Positions 45,935 to 53,274 are shown, counted from the stretch's first letter. The stretch: DNA of 64,000 nucleotides from Clostridia bacterium (GCA_017503105.1 JAFVTS010000008.1:69453-133452); one strand, 5' to 3'. The notes: generated by a model not told the origin, from the letters alone. Numbers and translations are program-made.

Positions 45935-46866
45935 AGATCCTCCTTGAAGTAAAATTTATGATCTTCTTTCCACTCCGCCCAGTCGATTTTTCGCCATTGC
46001 CCAGAATAGATATATTTCTGTGCCATAATGTTCTGCCAGCGTTTCGGCATAATGCCTTTGCGCTGATCCTTATAGGGCATACCGTACAGCGTAGCGGATT
46101 TGAGTTTGCGCATAGCGTATATGCGGCGCAGGTCGTCCTCTAAATCCTCTGTCAACAGACAGTAGATAAACAGTTTTGAGTTCGGGATGCCGCGTTCTGC
46201 AAGCAAATCGGCGGCGCGATACATTCCTTCGATCTGCGCCTTTTGATCTACCGAGAAGCGAATGAATTTCTGCCATTTGCACCGTGACAGAATATCTGCT
46301 GTTTCGGGAGTTACCAGAAATACGCTCATTGCTTGGTTGATGTCGAGGCGATAATCTGTTTCCGCCAACTGCCGCAACTGCTCTATGCCGTGAGGATGCG
46401 CGAGAATATTGTTATCCATGAGCGTCAGTTTGTTTGTGTCCGCCCTGACGATCTCCTGCCATGTACGGTAGGGGTATATATCGCCCTCTTTTTGCGGCAC
46501 ATAGCACCACGAGCATTTGTTCGGACAGCCGCGCGTCAGGAAGCCTATGGCGTAATCGCAATCGGGATAGATGGAATAATCGGGGTACATGCGGTCTATC
46601 TCGTCTGGGAGATCCTGAAACAGCCCGTATCCCGTTCCGCCCTTGATTGTGTTCTCTGGGAGGTATGGGTTTTCTGGCACAAAGTCGAAAATCTTGCTGG
46701 AATACACCAGATCGTAAAACTGCGCCTCTATCGGCGAAAACCACACCACTTCGTCGCCTTGCTGTTTGTGCCACGCTGATATTTTCATAAGCGCGTAGTT
46801 TGGAAACTTATTCAGCCGCCCGAAATGTTCCGCATCGGCGTCGTGTAACGCGATCAGTCGGCTCAT
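45931..46866 (-). CDS. Radical SAM enzyme
   Basis: 311 aa with a CxxxCxxC cluster in FLTRGCPNKCSWCYV and a Rossmann-like N-terminal region. Confidence 0.8.
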   Translation of the reverse strand: MSRLIALHDADAEHFGRLNKFPNYALMKISAWHKQQGDEVVWFSPIEAQFYDLVYSSKIFDFVPENPYLPENTIKGGTGYGLFQDLPDEIDRMYPDYSIYPDCDYAIGFLTRGCPNKCSWCYVPQKEGDIYPYRTWQEIVRADTNKLTLMDNNILAHPHGIEQLRQLAETDYRLDINQAMSVFLVTPETADILSRCKWQKFIRFSVDQKAQIEGMYRAADLLAERGIPNSKLFIYCLLTEDLEDDLRRIYAMRKLKSATLYGMPYKDQRKGIMPKRWQNIMAQKYIYSGQWRKIDWAEWKEDHKFYFKEDL

Positions 46867-47039
46867 TTTGTTTTCCTCGCAGATATGTATTCTTTGACGG
46901 TCATACCGCAGAGGCGCGAGGCAAATTTGATAGCCTTTTTCTTATCGCCGTAACTCCCCTTAATGGGCTGTTCGGGGTGTCCTGCTGGGTGTGCGTAATA
47001 CTGACCACCCTTTTCCTTGGATACTTCGTATTCGATCAT
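46863..47039 (-). CDS. Small protein coupled between the methylase and the radical SAM gene
   Basis: Hand translation MIEYEVSKEKGGQYYAHPAGHPEQPIKGSYGDKKKAIKFASRLCGMTVKEYISARKTK (58 aa). ATGA overlaps at both ends. Confidence 0.4.
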   Translation of the reverse strand: MIEYEVSKEKGGQYYAHPAGHPEQPIKGSYGDKKKAIKFASRLCGMTVKEYISARKTK

Positions 47040-47578
47040 ACTTCATTCCCCCAACAATCCCATCCGTCCGCGTACTGACGGGCAAAGAGTTCTATACGGG
47101 GGAGATCGCCAGAAAACTCCACGATCTTCTCCCTGACAATATCGGGCTTCTTGCTGTGTTCCTCTCTGACGGCTTCTACTATGGAGGACACCCCGTTGGA
47201 TACCTTCGGCGCTCTGCCTTTGACGCCAATGAGGCACACTTCTGCATTTGACTTTGTGTACCAGCCAACGCCAAAACAGTACCCCCCCCCCCGTTTATTG
47301 GTTTTCACCCATGTAAATCCGACTGTCTTGTACTCGAATCCCCACGCCTTCATGCAGTTCAGGGCTTCCTGAATCTTCGGGAATGTAGCCCAGAGAAAGA
47401 GGATGCAGTTCTTGTCAGCGAGATCGGCAACAGGAAGGCTCTCTATATCCGCCTGCTCCATTGTAGAGTAATGCGCTTCCGCCGTCGCCTCTATGTTTCC
47501 CATGTTGCGATACTTCCACGGCGGATCTGCGTATATGATCTGGTATTTCTTGTCGGTATTGAAAATGTCAACTTTCAT
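47036..47578 (-). CDS. MT-A70-family N6-adenine methyltransferase
   Basis: 180 aa from the ATG after GGAGGTGG. Catalytic motif IIYADPPWKY. Confidence 0.8.
   Translation of the reverse strand: MKVDIFNTDKKYQIIYADPPWKYRNMGNIEATAEAHYSTMEQADIESLPVADLADKNCILFLWATFPKIQEALNCMKAWGFEYKTVGFTWVKTNKRGGGYCFGVGWYTKSNAEVCLIGVKGRAPKVSNGVSSIVEAVREEHSKKPDIVREKIVEFSGDLPRIELFARQYADGWDCWGNEV
47282..47292. repeat. C11/G11 homopolymer inside the methyltransferase ORF
   Basis: Eleven consecutive C on the plus strand, read as CGG GGG GGG GGG (RGGG) in the gene. The tract is in frame as given. Confidence 0.8.
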
Positions 47579-47774
47579 CGTCGCCACCTCCCAAGAAAGC
47601 CATAAACTCGGTAAAATGCTCTTCGCATAGATTGATCGTTCTATCGTTGCGCCAGCCCTTCGGGGAAGTAACAAGATTTTCGTGCTTGTACTTCTGGATC
47701 ACAAGGCGCGGATGCGCTTTATCGTCAGCAATCTTTCTGCCGCACTTATCGCATAAAATCTGCTTGATAACCAT
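47568..47774 (-). CDS. Phage hypothetical protein
   Basis: 68 aa containing CDKCG...C..H. Confidence 0.5.
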   Translation of the reverse strand: MVIKQILCDKCGRKIADDKAHPRLVIQKYKHENLVTSPKGWRNDRTINLCEEHFTEFMAFLGGGDDES

Positions 47775-47783
47775 ATAGCCTCC

Positions 47784-48155
47784 TTAAAACGGTAATGTAT
47801 CGTCCTGCGGCACTTCCTCGAAATGCGGCATATCCGCCGCTCCTGCCGCAGTCTGTCTGTTTCCGAGTACCTGTACCTCGTCGGCAATAATCTCGACGGA
47901 GTGCGCCTTCCTGCCGTTCTGCTCATACTCTCGATCAGTAATAACGCCAGACACCGCCAGCGTATCGCCCTTGTGCGCGTACTTGGCAACATACTCGGCT
48001 GTATGCGTCCATGCAATGATTTTGAGAAAATCCGTGGTATCTTTTACGCGCGGTCTTTTTACTGCAAGGGAAAAGGAAATAACCGATTTTCCCGAAGTGG
48101 TTTGTTTCAGTTCAGGATCGGCTGTAATTCTGCCGACCAAATTTACACTATTCAT
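47784..48155 (-). CDS. ssb: Single-stranded DNA-binding protein
   Basis: MNSVNLVGRITADPELK OB-fold N-terminus and acidic tail DDTLPF. Start could alternatively be at 48167. Confidence 0.85.
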   Translation of the reverse strand: MNSVNLVGRITADPELKQTTSGKSVISFSLAVKRPRVKDTTDFLKIIAWTHTAEYVAKYAHKGDTLAVSGVITDREYEQNGRKAHSVEIIADEVQVLGNRQTAAGAADMPHFEEVPQDDTLPF

Positions 48156-48171
48156 AACCTCAACCATCTTT

Positions 48172-48381
48172 CTATGTATTTTCGTCAGACGCAACCTCGC
48201 ACATGTGAGGGCTTGCGTCCGTAATGCTATGTTTGCTCTTATCCAACAGGCGAACAGACGGGATCTCTCTGCCGTCCTCGGTGTACTTGTAGCCCACAAA
48301 TTCTATGCGCGCATACCGAACACCAGCCGACACGACAGCAACGCCTTTCTGCGCCGCTTCTCTTGCTTCTGAAAGCGTCAA
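48172..48381 (-). CDS. Phage hypothetical protein
   Basis: 69 aa, with a 4-nt overlap with the upstream gene. Confidence 0.5.
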   Translation of the reverse strand: MTLSEAREAAQKGVAVVSAGVRYARIEFVGYKYTEDGREIPSVRLLDKSKHSITDASPHMCEVASDENT

Positions 48382-49205
48382 TCCGCACTACCTCCGTTCA
48401 CCCTCGCCGCCTGATAGAGTGCGGCTATGAGGTAATTCTGCTTATTCTTGATTCTGCCTTGATCTGCTTTTTCGTTGACTTCTCGAATGACATCCGCGAG
48501 TTCTTCCAGATGTTGCCGCGACCAAACAAAGTGCCGCATCACGCCCAGAAATTCCGTTGTCTTGACCGATTTCTTTGCGATCTTCAAAGTGGGATACTGG
48601 GATACCTCGTCCACAATGTTCATGAAAACACCATTGACGCCCCAGACGGGGTGCGCGTCGAAGTCGTCCTCTTTTAGAGCCTCTTCTGTAAATTTCTCGA
48701 AGCGCTCTGCAAACCACTCTCTATACCACTTGACCGTTTCGGCGTGGGAGCGCTTTTCATCCGCTCCCAGAAAGCCACCAGCGCCGCAGGGCGCGATTTC
48801 TTCTGACGGCTGGGGAAACGGAGCGCCACCCTCGGAAGCCTCGCCAGAGGCATTTCTGGGCGCTTCTGACGAGTTCCATCTGGCTTCCGCCGCAGACTTG
48901 CGCGCCTCGGATATTTCTGCGCGCTTTTTGAGGTTTCTTTGCACACGATCAGAGGTTACTTTGCCGCCCTTGATCTTGAACAGATCATAGTTCTTTACGA
49001 CGGCTTGGCACATATCGGAATCGGCGCGCAGTTCAAACGCGATACTATCCAGATCAGCCTCTTTTACCGTTCCGCCGTTCTCGTGCAGGATCTCTACAAA
49101 GCACCAGTAAAAGCCGATGCCTTGCAGACCATAATCCTTCAAAATCCCTCGCAAATCCGATCTCGCATGGTAGTCATGTGAGAAATAGTCTTTTACTTTC
49201 GCCAT
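48378..49205 (-). CDS. Replication-associated protein (Lin1244/DUF4373-like N-terminus, DnaD-like)
   Basis: 275 aa. N-terminus YFSHDYHARSDLRGILKDYGLQGIGFYWCFVEILHENGG. Confidence 0.55.
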   Translation of the reverse strand: MAKVKDYFSHDYHARSDLRGILKDYGLQGIGFYWCFVEILHENGGTVKEADLDSIAFELRADSDMCQAVVKNYDLFKIKGGKVTSDRVQRNLKKRAEISEARKSAAEARWNSSEAPRNASGEASEGGAPFPQPSEEIAPCGAGGFLGADEKRSHAETVKWYREWFAERFEKFTEEALKEDDFDAHPVWGVNGVFMNIVDEVSQYPTLKIAKKSVKTTEFLGVMRHFVWSRQHLEELADVIREVNEKADQGRIKNKQNYLIAALYQAARVNGGSAD

Positions 49206-49234
49206 GCGAAGCCTCCTGTTTTAATCAGATTTCG

Positions 49235-50173
49235 TCATTGCGCGCCGCCAGCAGAAAAGAAGTCGAATTGTTCCTCTTCCGCTCCTTCGGGAATGACCGT
49301 AGTTGTATCGGTAACGGTGGTATCGGACGCCTGCCCATCGTACATGCTGGGCGCGTCGTCATACTCCACAAAACTTGCCTCGCCGCTATCGTTGAAAATA
49401 GCCTCGTCCTTGGCAAGCGCTTCCTGCATCTCGATTGAGAGAATACCCCATTGAGAAAGCAGGTGGCGGATCAGCGTCTTAAACGCCATTTCGTCGAAGT
49501 TCTTATACCAGAACGACGAGTATTTCCAGAGTTCACCCTTCGGGATTCTGCCGTTTATGAAGTCCTCGTACTTGCTGGCGTCAAACGCCTGTGCGTATGT
49601 ATCCGCGTGTTTGAGCATCTTGCCCTTCGTCCAGTAAATGACCTTGCGGAAGCCGTTGAGCAGTTCAAAGTACGCCATATAGCCGATAGTGGGCTTGGTT
49701 TCGCGTTCCTCGTCGTTCTCGATAAACTCAAAGAGTTGTTTGCCGCTCTTGCGATCTCTGCCTTTGTACTCGCCCTCTTTGATTTCCAGCACATCTATAT
49801 CCAGATACTCACCAGAACGCATAGCGAGTTGTTTGTAGCCCTTTGCGCCGAGAACAAACTGCGCATTGACCTCGACGACATTGCCTTGCTTGTCCTTTTT
49901 CTTGAAAGGCACGAGGTAATACTGTCCGAGTTGGGGCGACGGGTGAAGCCCCAGAGCCTCACCGAGAAGCGCGCCAGAAAGGATCGATCCTTGGGTACAC
50001 TCTTTCAGGGCAGGGGTTGTGCTGACTGCGGAAATGATCGCGGCTGTAAAGCGCTGGGCGTTCTTGCCGACGGACTGCTGAACAAGGTTTTTGATGTTTT
50101 CTTGGCTCATAAAGACCGAGAATTTCGGTTGACTGGGGGCAAGCCCTCTCTGGTTGGATATGTTGTTCTGCAT
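49235..50173 (-). CDS. recT: RecT-family single-strand annealing protein
   Basis: 312 aa containing ...CTQGSILSGALLGEALGL...YLVPFKKK...GAKGYKQLAMRSG. Confidence 0.85.
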   Translation of the reverse strand: MQNNISNQRGLAPSQPKFSVFMSQENIKNLVQQSVGKNAQRFTAAIISAVSTTPALKECTQGSILSGALLGEALGLHPSPQLGQYYLVPFKKKDKQGNVVEVNAQFVLGAKGYKQLAMRSGEYLDIDVLEIKEGEYKGRDRKSGKQLFEFIENDEERETKPTIGYMAYFELLNGFRKVIYWTKGKMLKHADTYAQAFDASKYEDFINGRIPKGELWKYSSFWYKNFDEMAFKTLIRHLLSQWGILSIEMQEALAKDEAIFNDSGEASFVEYDDAPSMYDGQASDTTVTDTTTVIPEGAEEEQFDFFSAGGAQ

Positions 50174-50185
50174 AATACTCTCTCC

Positions 50186-51058
50186 TTAAATCTTGGAATA
50201 TTTGATGTTGTTCTCGACGAGGAAGCGCTGGAGGGCTTTTGCCTGTTCCAGAGTTACCTCTACATGGAAATCAAGCGGAATCAGTTTCGGCGCTTCGGGC
50301 GCGGCGGCAGGTGTAATCTCTTCGGCAGGCGCTACCATCGGAGAGGTTTTTGCCGCCTCCAGCGCCGCCGCTTCCGCCTCGGCTCTCGCCTTGGCTTCGG
50401 CTTCCTTCTTGGCTTTCAGTTCGGCTACACGGGCGCGCTCCTGCTTCAAGCGCTCGTTTTCGGTCAGCGCCGCACCGAGATCCAGATTGCGGAAGTAATA
50501 CGCTTTCAGCGTTTCCTCGTCCTCGGAGTGCAGGGCTTCAATGGCGACGACGGCGTTTCTCGCGCCCTCGATCACCTTGTCAATGTCCGCCTGAACGGCA
50601 GGCATCCTGACGGATACATTCAACCACTTGGGATTGTGGATGCGCTCATAAGGAATAAGCCCAGCAAACTCTCCGATAACGCTTTCAAAGTATGCGAGAA
50701 TGTCCGCCTGCTTTTTCTCCTTGATAGCCTGATCGTGCGCCGTAACCTGCGCGTCGATCTCTCCCACGGTTTCCTTGACCTTGGCAATAACCTCGTCCAC
50801 TTCCGCCTTGAAGCGATCATACGGGGCGGCGTACACTTTGCCGATGCGGATTCTCTCGTCGTTGAGAGCCTTAATAAACGCGTTCAGAGCCGCCTTGTCC
50901 TTCTTGGCTTCGCCCATCTGCTCGTCGGTGTATGTAAGCCCCTGATACTGTTTCAGGGTTGCCTCAACCTGCGCCATCAGTTCGGTGTTATTCCACGCCA
51001 GCATGGCAGGGATCAGTTGCTCCACAGGGGTTTTCATAACGAGTGCTAATTCTGACAT
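50186..51058 (-). CDS. DUF1351-like phage protein (RecT-associated)
   Basis: 290 aa from MSELALVMKTP. Coiled-coil with an Ala/Glu/Lys-rich C-terminal part. Positioned between the exonuclease and RecT. Confidence 0.5.
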   Translation of the reverse strand: MSELALVMKTPVEQLIPAMLAWNNTELMAQVEATLKQYQGLTYTDEQMGEAKKDKAALNAFIKALNDERIRIGKVYAAPYDRFKAEVDEVIAKVKETVGEIDAQVTAHDQAIKEKKQADILAYFESVIGEFAGLIPYERIHNPKWLNVSVRMPAVQADIDKVIEGARNAVVAIEALHSEDEETLKAYYFRNLDLGAALTENERLKQERARVAELKAKKEAEAKARAEAEAAALEAAKTSPMVAPAEEITPAAAPEAPKLIPLDFHVEVTLEQAKALQRFLVENNIKYSKI

Positions 51059-51084
51059 AATCTGTCCTCCAAAATATAAAATTT

Positions 51085-51744
51085 TTATTCTCTGCCGAAA
51101 CGCGGCAGGATCAGCGGCGGTCTTTCCTTGCGCTGAACATATCCCCAAAAATCATGCTCTTTGCAGTAAAGGTATTTGAGGTCGTCCAGCAGGGCGTTCC
51201 GCTCGTATCGGTAATGCTTGGTAATGATCTCCAAATCCTCGGTGTAGAGCAGTTTTAACTGTGCTTTCAGCACATTAAACGACCTGCCCGTTACGACGAG
51301 TTGGTGTAAGAGTTGCACATAGTAATAATCGGGTACGCGCTTATTCCACTTTTCAAGAGCGCTCTTTCGGTGGATCTCTCCCGTTTTGCCCTCATAGACA
51401 CCCAGCGCACCAGAGGACAGTTCCTCCAGTTCGCCGTCCAGAGAGGCAAACATAAAGCCGCGCCTATACACAATGGTTTTATCACTCCACCCTCTGTACT
51501 GGGGATGATCTAAACAGAACAGGCGGAATAAAGGATCTTCTGCCTCTGTTCCGTACTTGACAACGGGATTCTCCGATATGTCGTCAGGCTCTCGGATGCC
51601 GACCTTTTCCTCCCAGACCTGCACATTTGTCTTGAAAGGGGAAAGCCCCAGAATGGCGGCGGCGTCCGATCCGCCGATACCAGTTTTTCTATGTTCGAGC
51701 CATTCAGGGGTGTTATGTTGAATTTTCAGGATTTCGAGGCTCAT
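51085..51744 (-). CDS. YqaJ-like (lambda Exo-type) exonuclease
   Basis: 219 aa with motif GIGGSDAAAILGLSPFKT. Confidence 0.8.
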   Translation of the reverse strand: MSLEILKIQHNTPEWLEHRKTGIGGSDAAAILGLSPFKTNVQVWEEKVGIREPDDISENPVVKYGTEAEDPLFRLFCLDHPQYRGWSDKTIVYRRGFMFASLDGELEELSSGALGVYEGKTGEIHRKSALEKWNKRVPDYYYVQLLHQLVVTGRSFNVLKAQLKLLYTEDLEIITKHYRYERNALLDDLKYLYCKEHDFWGYVQRKERPPLILPRFGRE

Positions 51745-51899
51745 TTTGCCGCGCACCTTGCGTGATAGACTTCCCAGAGCGCCGCCACAATTTCCTCGCG
51801 CTCTTCCTCGGTATGGTTATCGTCGAGGTACATACAAGCCTCGTCCACGGTGAGATCCAGCAGTTCCTCTGCGATCTGCTTTGCGGTCTTATCTCTCAT
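51741..51899 (-). CDS. Small acidic protein
   Basis: 52 aa from the ATG after GGAGGG. Confidence 0.4.
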   Translation of the reverse strand: MRDKTAKQIAEELLDLTVDEACMYLDDNHTEEEREEIVAALWEVYHARCAAK

Positions 51900-52200
51900 G
51901 GTTGCCCTCCGTTTCTGCATCTGCTTCGTCAAGAACGGCGTATATCTCTTTGATCTTCTCGGCGAGTGCCTGACGCGTAGGCGAGGCATCGCAGTCGTCC
52001 AGAAATTCCTCCAGCGACTTTACAATATCCCTTGCGTCGCTGATGGGGTTATACTTCTTGAAACAAACACCGCCCTGAACGGTAAACAGTTCCAGAGGAT
52101 CGCCCTCGTTAATGCGAAGTGTCCGTCTGATTTCCTTGGGGATAACCACGCGCCCCAGATCGTCAATTCTTCTGATGATACCTGTGCTTTTCATTTTCAT
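51889..52200 (-). CDS. AbrB/SpoVT-family DNA-binding protein
   Basis: 103 aa with the swapped-hairpin motif GRVVIPKEIRRTLRINEGDPLE. Confidence 0.8.
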   Translation of the reverse strand: MKMKSTGIIRRIDDLGRVVIPKEIRRTLRINEGDPLELFTVQGGVCFKKYNPISDARDIVKSLEEFLDDCDASPTRQALAEKIKEIYAVLDEADAETEGNHER

Positions 52201-52730
52201 TCTCCTTGCTTATTCAAATATTCCACCGCCGCCACAAGCGTCGAAGTGTGCCAGAAAACTCTGTGATCGTTGCCGTCCATTCCCTTGACGAAATGAACGA
52301 TAGTAAAAGAAGTATCGCCGTCCTTCTTGGAGATATTGCCGTTTGGGTGTCGCCACTCGGTAGTATAGCCGAGCGCTGTGCTGTATCTTCTCTCCGTGAG
52401 GGGAACATCGTTGATCGTTACCTGCCGCTCCTGAATGTTCCTCTTCTTGTTGCGCGCATAGGCTTCGTATGCCTCTGCGTTCATTTTGCGTCTGGACGCG
52501 GTTGCAAGGTCGCGCAGTTCGGGAAATTCCTCCTGCACCTTGCGGCGCGCACGGGTGATAGATTCAAAGTTAGGTCTGTGCGGATTCATAACCAACTGAT
52601 CGAAGGGAACGCTGGTATCAACGCCGAGCCGATGCAATACGCCGATAATCAGCGCGTTATCGTTCTTGCGCGCGGCTTCGTTGGAACGCAGTTCTGCGTG
52701 TACGCAGGCTGTAACTTGCTTCATGTTCAT
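52197..52730 (-). CDS. Phage hypothetical protein
   Basis: 177 aa, second gene of the early operon. Confidence 0.55.
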   Translation of the reverse strand: MNMKQVTACVHAELRSNEAARKNDNALIIGVLHRLGVDTSVPFDQLVMNPHRPNFESITRARRKVQEEFPELRDLATASRRKMNAEAYEAYARNKKRNIQERQVTINDVPLTERRYSTALGYTTEWRHPNGNISKKDGDTSFTIVHFVKGMDGNDHRVFWHTSTLVAAVEYLNKQGE

Positions 52731-52748
52731 GGTCTGTCCTCCTGATTT

Positions 52749-53006
52749 TTAATTATTTTCTTTGGGCTTGTCCTTTGCCTTGCCACGGCGCTTCATACTT
52801 TCAAGAAAAGCCTTCTGCGCCGCCTCGGCAGAATACTTCTCTCTGCCGTTTTTATCCAGATCGCCGCAACTCCCTCGCGCCAGTTCTCTGTAAATCGTTA
52901 CGAGATGTACGCCGAGTGTGTCCGCGATTGCCGCGAGAGAAGCGCCCGAAACATACAAGGCTTCAATCTTCTTTCGATCATCGAAAGTCAAATATCGGCA
53001 TTTCAT
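52749..53006 (-). CDS. Stand-alone HTH protein paralogous to the N-terminus of the IS30-family transposase
   Basis: 85 aa from the ATG 7 nt after AAAGGAG. LTFDDRKKIEAL...LGVHLVTIYRELARG aligns with LTWDDRLKIAAW...LGVHFTTIYRELKRG of ORF 8111-9154. Confidence 0.65.
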   Translation of the reverse strand: MKCRYLTFDDRKKIEALYVSGASLAAIADTLGVHLVTIYRELARGSCGDLDKNGREKYSAEAAQKAFLESMKRRGKAKDKPKENN

Positions 53007-53031
53007 TTCCATACTCCTTTCCAAAAAGAAT

Positions 53032-53057
53032 GTGCCAGAGGTTGCAACCTCTGGCAC
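53032..53057. promoter_or_regulatory. 26-bp perfect palindrome in the early leader
   Basis: GTGCCAGAGGTTG/CAACCTCTGGCAC, between the early -10 box and the HTH gene RBS. Confidence 0.55.
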
Positions 53058-53064
53058 TATGGTT

Positions 53065-53104
53065 TGTGCAAATTGAGGTCAAAACTCTCTTTGCACATAT
53101 TATA
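53065..53104 (-). promoter_or_regulatory. Early promoter -10 box with an overlapping inverted repeat (operator candidate)
   Basis: Minus-strand TATAAT (53099-53104), immediately followed by TGTGCAAA, 17 nt, TTTGCACA. Confidence 0.45.
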
Positions 53105-53108
53105 CGAC
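53086..53108. repeat. Right sub-terminal inverted repeat of the prophage
   Basis: The reverse complement reads GTCGTATAATATGTGCAAAGAGA. See 8029-8051. Confidence 0.5.
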
Positions 53109-53110
53109 TT

Positions 53111-53135
53111 AAAACTTTTTTAAAAAAGTTGAAAA
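53111..53135. repeat. Right copy of the 25-bp flanking direct repeat
   Basis: Identical to 8004-8028. Confidence 0.8.
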
Positions 53136-53140
53136 ATCTC

Positions 53141-53170
53141 TTGACAAATTGTTTTGCTTCTGCTATAATA
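53141..53170 (+). promoter_or_regulatory. Promoter of the tRNA-Arg/tRNA-His operon
   Basis: TTGACA, 18 nt, TATAAT, ~19 nt before the tRNA 5' end. The -35 box starts 5 bp after the repeat. Confidence 0.6.
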
Positions 53171-53188
53171 TAGACCGTTACAGGTTTG

Positions 53189-53265
53189 CGTCTTTAGCTC
53201 AGCTGGATAGAGCAACTGCCTTCTAAGCAGTAGGTCGGGGGTTCGAGTCCCTCAAGACGCGCCAT
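53189..53265 (+). tRNA. tRNA-Arg (anticodon UCU)
   Basis: Hand-folded cloverleaf: acceptor GCGTCTT/AAGACGC, anticodon loop CT-TCT-AA, T-loop TTCGAGT, encoded CCA. Confidence 0.9.
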
Positions 53266-53274
53266 TAACATACG

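Larger units (their letters stand above)
8004..53135. mobile_element. Integrated prophage (~45.1 kb) bounded by a 25-bp direct repeat
   Basis: Phage packaging, head, tail, DGR and recombination genes lie between two identical 25-mers. Housekeeping genes lie outside on both sides. Confidence 0.8.

Noticed and set aside
51741-52200. The AbrB/MazE-fold gene plus the downstream small ORF as a toxin-antitoxin pair
   Set aside because: The downstream ORF is a 52-aa highly acidic protein with no toxin-like features. The AbrB-fold protein is more simply a phage transcriptional regulator.
8029-53110. A junction promoter formed on circularisation (left end ...CTTGAC plus right end AAGTCGTATAAT...)
   Set aside because: TTGACA would form across the joint. 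However, the spacer to TATAAT would be about 5-7 nt for abutted ends, or about 30 nt with one copy of the 25-mer, and neither gives a workable 16-18 nt spacing.
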